DNA from: Octopus sinensis
Taxonomy: Eukaryota
Assembly: GCF_006345805.1 (NCBI RefSeq)
Contig: NC_043016.1
Coordinates: 31,682,001-31,746,000, forward strand
Length of the DNA stretch: 64,000 bases
Direction of reading: 5' to 3'
The stretch's first letter is position 1. The number at the start of each line of letters is the position of its first letter. Position numbers and translations under genes: made by a program. This document shows, piece by piece, positions 40,218 through 53,984 of the stretch. The notes beneath the pieces were generated by a model that saw nothing but the letters and a program-made list of their open reading frames with translations, had not been told where the DNA came from and searched no databases.

Positions 40218-41480
40218 GTATGTATGTATGTATGTATGTATGTATGTATGTATGTATGTATGTATGTATGTATGTATGTATGTATGTATGTATGTATGTA
40301 TGTATGTATGTATGTATGTATGTATGTATGTATGTATGTATGTATGTATGTATGTATGTATGTATGTATGTATGTATGTATGTATGTATGTATGTATGTA
40401 TGTATGTATGTATGTATGTATGTATGTATGTATGTATGTATGTATGTATGTATGTATGTATGTATGTATGTATGTATGTATGTATGTATGTATGTATGTA
40501 TGTATGTATGTATGTATGTATGTATGTATGTATGTATGTATGTATGTATGTATGTATGTATGTATGTATGTATGTATGTATGTATGTATGTATGTATGTA
40601 TGTATGTATGTATGTATGTATGTATGTATGTATGTATGTATGTATGTATGTATGTATGTATGTATGTATGTATGTATGTATGTATGTATGTATGTATGTA
40701 TGTATGTATGTATGTATGTATGTATGTATGTATGTATGTATGTATGTATGTATGTATGTATGTATGTATGTATGTATGTATGTATGTATGTATGTATGTA
40801 TGTATGTATGTATGTATGTATGTATGTATGTATGTATGTATGTATGTATGTATGTATGTATGTATGTATGTATGTATGTATGTATGTATGTATGTATGTA
40901 TGTATGTATGTATGTATGTATGTATGTATGTATGTATGTATGTATGTATGTATGTATGTATGTATGTATGTATGTATGTATGTATGTATGTATGTATGTA
41001 TGTATGTATGTATGTATGTATGTATGTATGTATGTATGTATGTATGTATGTATGTATGTATGTATGTATGTATGTATGTATGTATGTATGTATGTATGTA
41101 TGTATGTATGTATGTATGTATGTATGTATGTATGTATGTATGTATGTATGTATGTATGTATGTATGTATGTATGTATGTATGTATGTATGTATGTATGTA
41201 TGTATGTATGTATGTATGTATGTATGTATGTATGTATGTATGTATGTATGTATGTATGTATGTATGTATGTATGTATGTATGTATGTATGTATGTATGTA
41301 TGTATGTATGTATGTATGTATGTATGTATGTATGTATGTATGTATGTATGTATGTATGTATGTATGTATGTATGTATGTATGTATGTATGTATGTATGTA
41401 TGTATGTATGTATGTATGTATGTATGTATGTATGTATGTATGTATGTATGTATGTATGTATGTATGTATGTATGTATGTA
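40218..41480. repeat. Perfect (TATG)n microsatellite, about 1.26 kb (about 315 units)
   Basis: Uninterrupted tatg repeat across 21 lines. Degenerate continuation to about 41600. Confidence 0.98.
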
Positions 41481-42566
41481 CATGTGCATGCATGCATGTA
41501 TGTATGTATGTATGTATGTATGTATGTATGTATGTGTGTATGTATGTGTGTACATGTATGTATGTATGTATGAATGTGTGTATGTGTGTATGTGTGTGTG
41601 CGTGTGTATTTCTCTTCTTTTATTCTTTCATTCGTTTCAGTCATTTGATTGCGGTCATGCTAGAGCACTGCCTTTAGTTAAACAAATTGACCCCAGGACT
41701 AATTCTTTGTAAGCCTAGTACTTATTCTATCAGTCTCTTTTACTGATCTGCTAAGTTATGGGGACATAAACACACTAGCATCAGTTGTCAAGTGGTGGTG
41801 GGGGGGATAAACACACACACACATATATAAATTTATATATACAACGGGCATCTTTCAGTTTTCATCATCCAAATCCACTCACAAGGCTTTGGTTGGCCTG
41901 AGGCTATAGTAGAAGACACTTGCCTGAGGTGTCACGCAGGGGGACTGAACCCGGAACTATGTGGTTGGTAAGCAAGCTACTTACCGCACAGCCACTCCTG
42001 CACCTATATGTATGTATTTATGTATGTGTGTATGAATGTCTGTATATATTGTATGTGTGTATGTTTTCCTTCTCTCTTTTTTCATTTAGCATTAATTTTG
42101 TCTGGCCACCTACTTGGTAGCAAGGTTGTGAAGGGAAGTTTTGTTTTGTTCAACATCCTTTAAATCTTAAGAAGCTTTTGCAAATTTTTAGTATCGTATG
42201 AATTATGGAGTAGCATTCTTTCCCCAACGACCCAAGTTCAGTCATACTTTGCTCCTGGCAGCTTGGTACATACCCTGTTGCTCCAATAATAATAGGTATA
42301 AAACTATGTGCGTCTGTGTCATGTCCATTTTTCGGTGGTGCTTCTTTGTGCTTGGTAACTTAGTTCAACAAGTTCCTAATCTTGATCTAGCAGAGTTTCT
42401 ACAGCTGGATGCCCTTCCTAATGCCAACCACTCCGAGAGTGTAGTGGGTGCTTTTTACGTGCCCAGTCAGGCAGTACTGGCAATGACCTCGCTCTTTGCT
42501 TTGTGTTGTGGATATTGCTGTTTAGCCTCAGAGTTAGCCCTGAGTGAGCACACTGATCATCAAGAG

Positions 42567-42796
42567 TAATGGTTCTCAACTATTCTTTGGCTGTGGATGG
42601 ACCCTCATAGCCATTCCATGTTTAAAAAATTCATATTATATTTTTATAAATAAATATTATTAGGAATTGTATGGAAAAAATTGTTAAAATATTTTGTGTA
42701 TTGTAGAAATATAACCAACTTATTGCTCATAAAGTTTAACAGCAGATTCTTATATGGACTCCCAAGGGCCATATGGATCTTGGTTGAGAACCACTG
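42567..42796. mobile_element. hAT (Charlie-like) MITE
   Basis: TIRs taatggttctcaac / gttgagaaccactg. TSD atcaagag / atcaagtt. Interior resembles 6106-6431. Confidence 0.8.
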
Positions 42797-44779
42797 ATCA
42801 AGTTTATGCTTGTCATAAGAACCCCTATTTTTTCATGGTATTATGCAGCGAAACTGACCTTTTCTCTGACATCCCTGGGACCTAAGGGTTGTTGAATTAT
42901 TGAATTTTCCAGACATCTGATCATTACTTAAATTACCACAGCACTTGACAGAACTCATTAAAACTCTATACATTCATCAGTATTATCATTAACATTCTGA
43001 ATATATGGTAGAAATAGGAAGAAATAACAGTATAAAATTTAAGAACATGTTTTATTTACCTAATAGAATGTTTGTACTGTAAATGCAGCAAAATAAAATA
43101 CTGAACCTGTGCTTCGAGAAGCAACAGTCCATTTTAGATACAACGGTAATTTCCTTTTCTAATGATAATTAACACAAATTAATACAAATTCTCTCAACTT
43201 CAATCAGCCACACTTGATGTTTTGCTTTACTCTGGGTGTCCATTGTTTGAGAATTCTGTTTATATGAGTACCAGATAACAGGTTGTTTATTGTACTATCT
43301 AATGTATCTGCTCCTTTCTTAAGTTAACAGAATGTGATTTCAAGGTTGCTTGAACAGCTATTTTTAGTAAGTTGAGCAACCATGTAGATACTCCCTCAAT
43401 GGGTCTTGCTGATGTTGTATATAAGATATGCATACATACATACATACATACATACAGACATACATACATACATACATACATACATATGTATATATATAAG
43501 CACAGCTGTGGCTGTGTAGTAAGAAGCTTGCTTCCCAACCACATGGTTCCGGGTTCAGTCCCACTGTGTGGCACCTTGGGGAAGTATCTTCTACTATAGT
43601 TTTGGGCTGACCAAAACCTTGTGAGTGGATTTGGTAGACGGAAACCGAAACAAGTCTGTTGTATATGTGTGTGTGTGTGTGTGTTTGTGTGTTTGTGTCT
43701 GTATTCCACCCACCTCCACCACCACCATTTGACAACTGATGTTGGTGTGTTCACATCCCTGTAACTTAGTGGTTAGGCAAGAGAGATCAAGAGAAAAATT
43801 ACTGAGCTTAAAAACACAAAAGTAGTGTGGTTGGTTCATTCGACTAAAAATTCTAAAAATTCTTCAAGGCGTTGCTCCAGCATGGCTTCAGTCAAATGAC
43901 TGAAACAAATAGAAAATAGAATATAAAAGATATAATGCATGTGTATGACAGTATATATTTATATAGTTTAGTTGCACCCCACCCTATCTCCACCCCCAAC
44001 CAGGTCAAGCACAATTAAGAAAACCTATGACCAGCTACATTCCAGTCTTTTATTCAGGACTATACTATCCAAAAATAGTCCTTTTTTTAAAGACAATTTG
44101 GTGTGATATAAAGGAGATCTGACTGTTATTTCCAACAAGTCAAACGACCTTGGCCATGTTTTAGTTGCTTGAGGAGCTTGTGTCCATTGCTTTTCTCAAC
44201 AGAGTGAATAAAGGCTGTTCTTATTTTTCCTGATTTCTTGCAATTAACCCGTTATCTATTGGTTTAGTGCTTTTTTTATAATTGGCACCATTTTATAGCA
44301 TATTTTTTATTACACTTTGTTATATTTGTGTTACTTCTTTTACTGCTGATTTTTTATTGTTTTCTTTTTTTCCATTTTTCATTATTATTACCATTTGCTT
44401 GAGAAAATAGAAGTACGTGGAAATATTAATATTTTTTAATACCAACTTTGCTACAGTCAACTTTGCTTTTCATCTTTCCAGATCAATAAGATGAAAGTAC
44501 TACTCTAGTTCTGGGGTTGAAATTATTGCCTAACATTCATCTCAAAATTTCTGGCCGTGTGCCTACATTAGAAACAGTTATTATAATTTGTTTTGACTCA
44601 GGTTTGATCTTATTCCTGATGGAATTTACATAGGTATCAAATTACTTCCTATAACCTTAGATATCCACAAGCTTTCAATTGCTCAAAACCCTTTTCTGTT
44701 CTTAAGAAGCAAAATTTCTATAGATGCTCTTTAGGACATTCTAGTCTAATGACCTTCAATCATTTGTCTATATCATTAC

Positions 44780-45362
44780 TCATTATCATTATAATTATTA
44801 TTTGATGAAATATCTCAGCTTATTTTGCTAGGTATGGAGGAAAGTGTCAGCTGTTCACAGCCAGCAGACTAAGGTGACACTTGTTTACTGATCATGCATC
44901 AAGAACCCTGTGAAGAACTCTTTCAGTTCCAAGCAATGACGATTTTTGTAGGTGTTCTATCTTTACATTTGTACCAGTCTTTTTTGAACCATGTTGGTAG
45001 ATGAGTGCTGGTACTTCTAAGCATGCCAATCATTATTGGTATTATGTCTAACTCTCTTCATTGCTTTCAACCTGCATATTTCCCTCTTCAATTCATCACA
45101 GTTAACTTTTACTTTTTTCTTTGATCCTGTTATCACCAGGACATGCTTTGTCAATTATCAGGTCAGACATGTTTTTTTTTTTCCCTCTCCATCACAACAA
45201 TGTCAGGTTTCCAATATCTAATCTGATGGTCATTGCATTCCATTGGATTTTTGCAATCTTCATTCTCAATAACTCTTTCTGGGATTTGGTCATGCCACAT
45301 CTTCAATCTTTCTTGACTAAAATTTCCACAGACCTCCCAATCGATCATTCTTACCACATTGT
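44780..45362 (-). mobile_element. R4/Dong-like non-LTR retrotransposon 3' fragment (RLE domain)
   Basis: Broken ORF: WHDQIPERVIENEDCK...KPDIVVMER...LIIDKACPGDNRI...DIIPIMIGML...KIEHLQKSSLLGTERVLHRVLDA-stop (TGA 44894-44892). Short UTR, then a TAA-rich tail near 44780-44800. Confidence 0.8.
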
Positions 45363-45367
45363 CATTA

Positions 45368-45405
<38 letters not shown>

Positions 45406-45767
45406 TTAACGTCCGCTTTCCATGCTAGCATGGGTTGGACGGTTTGACTGAGGACTGGCGAACCAGATGGCTGTACCAGGCTCCAATCTGATCTGGCAGA
45501 ATTTCTACAGCTGGATGCCCTTCCTAACGCCAACCACTCCAAGAGTGTAGTGGGTGCTTTTACATGCCACCAGCACGAGGGCCAGTCAGGCAGTACTGGC
45601 AATGGCCACACTCAAATGGTGCTTTTTATGTGCCACCTGCACAGAATCCAGTTCAGCTGCACTAGCAACGACCTTGCTTGAATGTTTTTTCACATGCCAC
45701 CAGCACAAGTGCCTGTAAGGCGATTCAGGTAACGATCACGCTTGAATGGTGCATGGAGGCCAGCTTG

Positions 45768-45769
<2 letters not shown>

Positions 45770-45862
<93 letters not shown>

Positions 45863-46071
45863 TATTATTATTACCAAAGCAGTGCACCAGACAAAACTCC
45901 ATTCAGCATTTTGTCCATTTTTACATTTTGAATTCAAATTCCCCTGAGGTCGACTTTGTCTTTCATCCTTTCGGAGTTAATAAAATAGGTACCAGTTGAG
46001 TACTGGGCTTGATGTAATAAACTAGCCCCCACCTCCACAAAATTTCAGGCCTTGTGCCAATAGTAAAAAGG

Positions 46072-46167
<96 letters not shown>
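45770..46167. repeat. (TTA)n and (CTA)n microsatellites flanking a SINE B fragment
   Basis: (TTA)n at 45770-45873 and (CTA)n at 46073-46167. Confidence 0.95.
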
Positions 46168-47437
46168 GTGGATCTTGGGTAGATAAAAAATGTTCTGCTA
46201 AGCATTGGTTTGAAGAGCAGTGCCTAGAAACCTTATTTTTTGTATGTTGTAGATATAAGCAAGTCCTTGGGTTTTGGTTATGTATTTGTCAATTGTCTTT
46301 GTAATCAATTCTATTATTACATAGAATGCCTCTTTTATAGTAGCTACATCCTGGTTACTTCCAGATCTTTATATTTAGATAATTTCTCCATTTCTTTACT
46401 CATTACTTTATCATCTCTCAGGACTAATATTTAAAACAAAGGACATTTATTTCCCTGGTGATCCTTGGCAACTGTATCCAGACGATTTGCCTTGGCTTCC
46501 TTGTCTCAATGAATTGGTTTTATCTCAACCTGTGGAAGAGGTAGACCCAGAAAAACATGGGACAAGGTGGTGTAACATGATCTTCAAATGTTGATCCTCA
46601 CAGAGGTGATGACAAGTGACCAAGATCTTTGGTGATATGCAGTGCTTGAGAAGTCCCATCAAGCCAGTGGAACCAAAAGAACCCCTATTACACTCTTGGA
46701 GCAGTTGGCTTTAGGAAGGGCATCCAGCCATAGAAATCAAACCAAATCAAACTGGTATCTGGTGCAGCTCTCTCTCTCTCTCTCTGGCTTACCAGTTCCA
46801 TAATATTAGCCTAAATTTTAGTGGAATAATTATTTCAGAGCTGAAACTAAAGGACTGAGACTTTCAGCAGAGGGTAGAATGGCCAACTGTTACACTTGTG
46901 GCAATAAAATCCACTCAAGGGATTTTTGCTCTGAGGAACTTAAAAGGCAGAGAAAGAGAAAGAGAGATAGTTGCAGACAGCTGTAGAATGAACAACAACA
47001 ATTTCAGGTCCATGAAGCAGCTGTCCCAGCACCATAGGCAACTGCTTCACCAGGTGCAGCTAAATATAGTTCCACTTCAGGTGCCTCCAGATGCAGCTCC
47101 AAGGACTCAAAAAATTGCCATCAATTTGTTTGCCTAAACCTTTCTGGGCAGTGCCCCAGTATGGCCACAGTCTGTTGACAAAAACAAGTAAAAGATAAAC
47201 AATAGAAGATTTATTTATGCCCCCAGCATGGCCGCGGCCTTCGGGCTAAAACATTTTTAAGGATTTTAAGGATTTATATATGTGCAGGTTGGCTGTGTGG
47301 TAAGAAACTTGCTTCCCAACCACATGGTTCTGGGTTCAGTCCCATTGCATGGAAATTTGGGAAAGTGTCTTGTGAGTGGATTTGGTGGATATAAACTGAA
47401 AGAAGTCCATCACATGCGTATGTGTGTGTGTGTGTGC

Positions 47438-47480
<43 letters not shown>

Positions 47481-50420
47481 TAATCCAAACATGAAAACAC
47501 AAAGAGTAAACACAACAACGCAAGGACGTGGAACAAGTATAGTATTATTGGACACTCAGGAAAGAAGGAAAGAAGGAGGGTTTAACGTTTCGAGCGGAGC
47601 TCTTCATCAGAAACATAGGAAAAGGAAAGATCCAAAGAAGGGAAGATGGAGGAAAAAAATCACCAACGGTACACACGCAGTCACATTTTGAATGGATATA
47701 TATATATATATATAATATATATACCGGAGTAAGCACATAAATGTGAAACAAGGTGGAAAAAAGAGTACTCAAATACCAGACGTAGAGTAATATGCTTTAT
47801 TTAAAAGCAGCAGATATATAACAAAACCTGTTACTCAGAGTTTCATGTTCCCATTTGTTGGACAGTAGATTTATTCTTTTATTTGTTTCAGTCACTTGAC
47901 TGCAGTCATGCTGGAGCACTGCCTTTAGTCGAACAAATTGACCCCAGGACTTATTCTTTGTAAGCCTAGTACTTATTCTATCAATCGCTTTTGCCAAACC
48001 GCTAAGTTACAGGTACGTAAACACACTAACATTGGTTGTCAAGTGATGGTAGGGGTACAAACACAAACACACAAACATACATGCATACACACACTCACAC
48101 ACACATACACACATTCACATATATATATAAGGCGGCAAGCTGGCGGAAACGTTAGCACGCCGGGCGAAATGCGTAGCCGTATTTCGTCTGTCGTTGCGTT
48201 CCAAGTTCAAATTCCGCCGAGGTCGACTTTGCCTTTCATCCTTTCGGGGTCGATAAATTAAGTACCAGTTACGCACTGGGATCGATGTAATCGACTTAAT
48301 CCTTTTGTCTGTCCTTGTTTGTCCCCTCTGTGTTTAGCCCCTTGTGGGTAGTAAAGAAATATATATATATATATATATATATACGACGGGTTTCTTTCAA
48401 TTTCCATCTACCAAATCCACTCACAAGGCTTTGGTTGGCCCGAGGCTATAGTAGAAGACACTTGTCCAAGATGCCACCTAGTGGGACTGAATCCAGAACC
48501 ATGTGGTTGGTAAGCAAGCTACATGCTACAAAGCCACACCTGCGCCTATATAACCACATGAATAAACCACATAGAATGAATAAATAAATAGAATAAATAG
48601 ATAAATAAAAACATGTGAAAGTGTTTTCCAGAACAAAGAGTGAGAATATATTCTTGGGAAAAATGTGCAAGTTGTTTTATTGGTGTTGTTGTTACATTAC
48701 TGATGTCTTTATGCTTATATAACCACATGGTTCCAAATTCAGTCCCACTGTGAGACACCTTGCGAAAGTGACTTCTGCTATAGTCTCAGACCGACCAAAG
48801 CTTTGTGAATGGATTTGGTAGACAGAAACTGAAAGTAGCTCGTCATATGTGTGTGTGTGTTTGTGTGTGTGTCTTTGTTTGTCCCCACAACATCGCTTGA
48901 CAACCGATGCTGGTGTGTAACTTAGTGGTTCAGCAAAAGAGACTGATAGAATAAGTACTAGTCTTACAAAGAATAAGTCCTGGGATCGATTTGCTTGACT
49001 AAAGATGGTACTCCAGCATGGCCACAGTCAAATGACTGAAACAAATAAAAGAAGAATATAAGAAGAAAAAGAAAATGGAGATTGGGAATTATGGAGATGT
49101 ACTTGCATAGCAAGTGATTTGATCTGAGATCGTGTGCTGGAACGAAAACAATTGCAGCGTGGAAGGTGTTTATAAGCCATTTAAGAAACACACAAAAACC
49201 GTTAGATTCACTTCAACATTTAAATTTAATTTGCCAAAATATTTTCGTCACTTTCAGACCGCGACCTGTTCACTGATAAAATTCTGTGCTGCATCTCAAT
49301 TTAATAATTGTCTGTTATTAACAGCAGAGTAATCATCTTCACTTACAGTTGTTTCAGTTAGTACTCAGAGGGGAAAAATATAGCTTTGAATGTTTTATAT
49401 GTGTTTATGGATTCATAATAGCAGGTATTGAACCAGTAATTCCTTGGATGAAACCATTTCTTCATGTAGTTAATACAACCGCTAACTGAAGTATATATAT
49501 ATGTATGTATGTATGTATGTTTGTTTGTATGTATGTATGTATGTATGTATGCATGTGTGTGTGTGTGTGTGTGAGTATGTGTATGCATGCATGTATATAT
49601 ATTTATGTGTGTGTCTTTGTATCTGTATTTGTTCCCCCTATCACCGCTTGACAACCGGTGTTGGTGTGTTTACATTCATTCCCATAATTTTGTGCTTCGG
49701 CACTGGCTTAAAAAAAACATATCTGGAATGATTTGTTTGACTAAAATTCTTCAATGCAGAGCTCCAGCATGTCTACAGTCAATTGGCTGAAACAAATAAG
49801 AAAAGAATAAAAGAATGTGTTCAGTTTACAGAAATATTTTCACATGTCATGTATATTGTATAATGTTTTTGTCTCTCCCCTTGGTTTATATAGCTTTGTT
49901 TTATCCATTCACACATATTCTGTAACTCGTATATAGGAATTTATTACTGTATAAAGAAACAGCAGAACCATTAGAACACAGGACAATAATATGTCTTGTA
50001 GGAGAGTATTTAATTAAGACCCTTTATTTTCTGATATTTTTAATTACCCCATAAAGTGGTGAGCTGTCAGAATCATTACCATGCTGGAAAAAAATGCTTG
50101 AAAGCATTTTTTCTGATTTTTATGCTCTGAGTTCAAATGCTGTTGGGGTTGACTCTGCTTTTCATCTTTTCAGGGTTGACAAAATAATTACCAGTTGAGC
50201 ACTGGGGTTAATGTAATCAACTTACTCACCACCCCGAAAATTGCTAGCCTTGTGCCAAAATTTGAAACCAAGATTTCAAATCTCTCCAAGACCAACATTG
50301 TCTTTCATCCTTGCAAAGTCAGAAAAAGTGAAAAAAAAAAAAATTACTTCACCAATCCCTCCCCATAATTTCTGTCTTTGTGAGAAATCATTTCTACTTA
50401 CTATAATATATATTCTAATG

Positions 50421-50767
50421 CAGTGGTCCTCAACCAGGATCCATATGGCCCCTGAAGGTCCATATAAGGATTTTGAGGGGTCCACATGACAAAATAATAA
50501 ATTGAGGACACAACATAGTATTTTAAATACCCTGAAAAATGTAGCTTCAGATGTATATATTAATATATATTGCAACAAGGACCTAGGTTTCTTTCTCTAA
50601 TTTTCTATAGTTCAACCAACGTAAGTCAATATGTAGAAAATAAAATGAGAATTTTGAAAGAAGTTTCTATAAAACTAGTTTTTAAGCATCAAATAGGTAT
50701 GGGGGATCCATCAGAATAAAATAGTAATCAAAGGAGTCCATAGATTAGAAATAGTTGAGAACCACTG
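50421..50767. mobile_element. hAT (Charlie-like) MITE
   Basis: TIRs cagtggtcctcaacc / agttgagaaccactg. TSD ttctaatg / ttctgatg. Interior resembles 37198-37500. Confidence 0.85.
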
Positions 50768-50865
50768 TTCTGATGTAACACTTTAAAGGGGGCAAAATGT
50801 TGCTAGTCCATAGCAGATTAAAATCTGAAAATATTTTTTCCCTTGCAAAATAGCATAAATAAATA

Positions 50866-51220
50866 AACCAGAGCATTCAGAGAGCACAAACTTCCACCAA
50901 GACAATATCATCGTCCTCTCAACGATTAGCCAGTGTTGATTTTTAAAATGAGAATATATGAAATAAACTTGACTGCTCTCACAAATGAGAATGCTTAAAA
51001 TGAACTGGACCGCAATCAAAAACTAAGTAAAAAAACAGGAAAAATAATCCTGAATCCTTGTCCGGTACTGGATCACTCCCAAAATCTAATCAGTTTGTGC
51101 CAATCATGAGACCAAACATCTCTGAAAGTTTCATCCAAATCCATTCAGCGGTTCTTGAGAACAAGCATGACTGAAAACAATACCCCCCCCCCTCCCGACT
51201 TCTTTAAAGCGGAGGTAATA
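50866..51220 (-). mobile_element. HINE-like (Helentron-associated) non-autonomous element
   Basis: On the minus strand it starts ttattacctccgc, contains gaaccgctgaatggatttggatgaaactt and ends cttggtggaagtttgtgctctctgaatgctctggtt. These are the sub-terminal inverted motifs I recall for HINEs. Both ends abut T-rich (AAAT)n sequence. Confidence 0.6.
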
Positions 51221-51419
51221 AATAAATAATAAATAAATAATAAATAAATAAATGAATTGATAAATAAATAAATAGATAAATAAAAACATGTGAAAGTGTT
51301 TTCCAGAACAAAGAGTGAGAACATATTCTTGGGAAAAATGTGCAAGTTGTTTTATTGGTGTTGTTGCTACTGATGTTTTTGCTTGTTTCATGTTTTTGTT
51401 ACTATTACTGTTGAGGACT

Positions 51420-51503
51420 TTGCAGTTGAAGTTGCTGTTGTTGTTGTTGTTGTTGTTGCTTTTGTTGCTGTTGTTGTTGTTGTTGTTGTTGCTGCTGCTG
51501 CTG

Positions 51504-51546
<43 letters not shown>

Positions 51547-51627
51547 CACCACTACCACCACCACCACCACCACCACCACCACCACCACCACCACTACTAC
51601 TGTTACTGCTACTGCTATTGCTGCTGC

Positions 51628-51668
<41 letters not shown>

Positions 51669-51710
51669 ATGATGACAACGACAACGACGATGATGATGAT
51701 GATGATCTTT
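51420..51710. repeat. Compound trinucleotide tract GTT-GCT-ACT-ACC-ACT-GCT-GAT
   Basis: Visible directly. Confidence 0.95.
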
Positions 51711-53864
51711 AGCCCCAGATAAACCCTGATTGAACAGACCTACAGCCCAAAATCAGGAAGTAATCTATTATTAACTCTTGCATAACCAGAAGTAACGGGT
51801 TCTGTGATTATGACTGACATCAACCACATTTAAGAGTTTGGTCAAGAGATCTGTGCTTACAGCTGTGATTGTTGTTGCTGCTGCTACTCCTCCTCCTCCT
51901 CCTCTCCTCCCTGCCTCCCTCCTCCTCCTCCTCCTCCTCCTTCTCCTACTACTCTACTACTACTACTACTACTACTACTACTAAAATACCAGTAACAATG
52001 TTTTTTTTTATTTACCAAAGCCTATTCCCCATAGGAGGGGTTAGCCACAACAAGACACACACCAGGCTTTCCATTCGTTTCCCATCTTAAAGAGGTGAGC
52101 CCCATACTATACTCGGGTCAAAGCATAGAAAACAAATCCCTGATATCAGCAGCAGAGCCCAACAGCATATGCTAGTTTACCCCTGCTACATCATGCTGGT
52201 TCCATACCCCTTTGCATAGCATCACTTCATTCATCAGTCCACAAACACTCTCCAAGCTTTCATATCATTAATAAACTCTTGCTTCTCTCACTCCAACACC
52301 TCTAACAACTAAAGCTTTCCTCACAGTAACAATGTAATATAATTTATTTATAACTATTTGTATGATTTCTCTAATAACCAACATTTTGTAAAGTTCATTC
52401 AATCTACTAGTGTATTTTAGTAATTCTTACTTACCTTCCACTCCTTATAACAATAGACTGGCACTTAATCAGTTACAATGACAAGGGTTTTAGTTGATTC
52501 AATCAATGGAACAGCTTGCTCATGAAATATACAAGTGGCCGAGTACTCCATAGAGACACATACCTTTAATGTAGTTCACTGAGAGATTCAGCATGACACA
52601 GAATGTGACAAGGCTGGCCCTTTGAAATACAGGTACGAATCGTTTTTGCCAACTGAGTGAACTGGAGAACCATCAAAATAAGGTGTCTTGCTCAAGTACA
52701 CAACACACAAACAAGTATTGAACTCACGGCCTTAAAATTGTGAGCCAAATAACCTTAACCACTTAGCCATGTGCCTTTATGCTAATAATCATAGAACTGC
52801 ACTAGCCACTATGCAGTTACTTGATCTTTTTAATGAATTAATCAGAAGAAGGTCAGCACACAAAACCATCTTTTAAAGTCTCCAAGAATGGTGAAACAAA
52901 GGGAGGAAGTTACTTAAAACTGAAGACTGAGTAAACTTTGCTAAAAGTACTTAAGATCTGTGTGGTGCCGTTGAACTAGGCAATTAATTAAGTTTACCAA
53001 GAGCAGGAAGGGACTCTCTCTGAATGAATTTCATGTTGTTTCCAACTACCAAATTTCACTGACATGACTAGTAGAAAAAAGCAGCCAAATTTTCCTCAGG
53101 TCAAATTTTCATATCTAACAAAATTTTCATATCTAACAAAAAGAAAAAAAAAAGGAAGATAAATGGATGGTCAAGGCCAGAAGGCCTTAAATCATAGACT
53201 TGGTCAAACAAGGTTTGACTCAAGAGCTAAACAACAATGACAAAAACAAATGTAACACCAGGACAAAGGCATCAGTTTATAAAAGAAAAGAAACCAAATA
53301 CTGTGTTATGAGTTTACCTCTTGAAGGTGTCAACAAAATAGATTTTAAAATAAAAACTGAACCATGTCTTCTATAATTTCATCACAAGCTCTTTTGCATT
53401 CACATCATCATCATCGTTGTCATCATCACCACCACCACCACCATCACCAACACCATCACCATTAACATCATCATCATCATCATCATTTTAATATCTACTT
53501 TTCCATACTTATATGAGTCAGACAAAGTTTATTGAGGCGGGTTTTCTATAACCAGATGCCCTTCCTGTTGCTAACCTTCAATTGGTTCCAAACAAGGTAA
53601 TATTTCCCCATAGCCAGATATGTGTCCCTTTTCTATTTTTTTTTTATTATTTTCTTTTGCAGACTATTAAAAATGAATGACGCTGCTTGTATGACAGTGA
53701 CACTCATTTACTACTAACATGCAATATCAAGACAAGACTCAAACAAACACACACCTACAGACATATATAAACCCATACCACATATATATACATAAATGTA
53801 ATCTATATATTATATATATATAATATATACACACACACATACACATGCATTATAATAAATATAT

Positions 53865-53901
<37 letters not shown>

Positions 53902-53953
53902 TATATGCTTATTATGTATATGTGTGTGTGTATGTGTTGTGTGTGTATAATAT

Positions 53954-53984
<31 letters not shown>

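Noticed and set aside
40000-41712. Five ORFs of 447-514 aa (YIHT/MYVC repeats)
   Set aside because: Translations of the stop-free (TATG)n microsatellite. The same applies to similar ORFs at 13.7-14.1, 16.9-17.5, 23.4-23.9, 35.2-36.5 and 39.3-39.9 kb.
51315-51722. Poly-L/P/T/V/A/D ORFs, also at 34.5-35.0, 37.6-38.1 and 45.7-46.2 kb
   Set aside because: Trinucleotide microsatellites open in several frames, with no splice or domain support.
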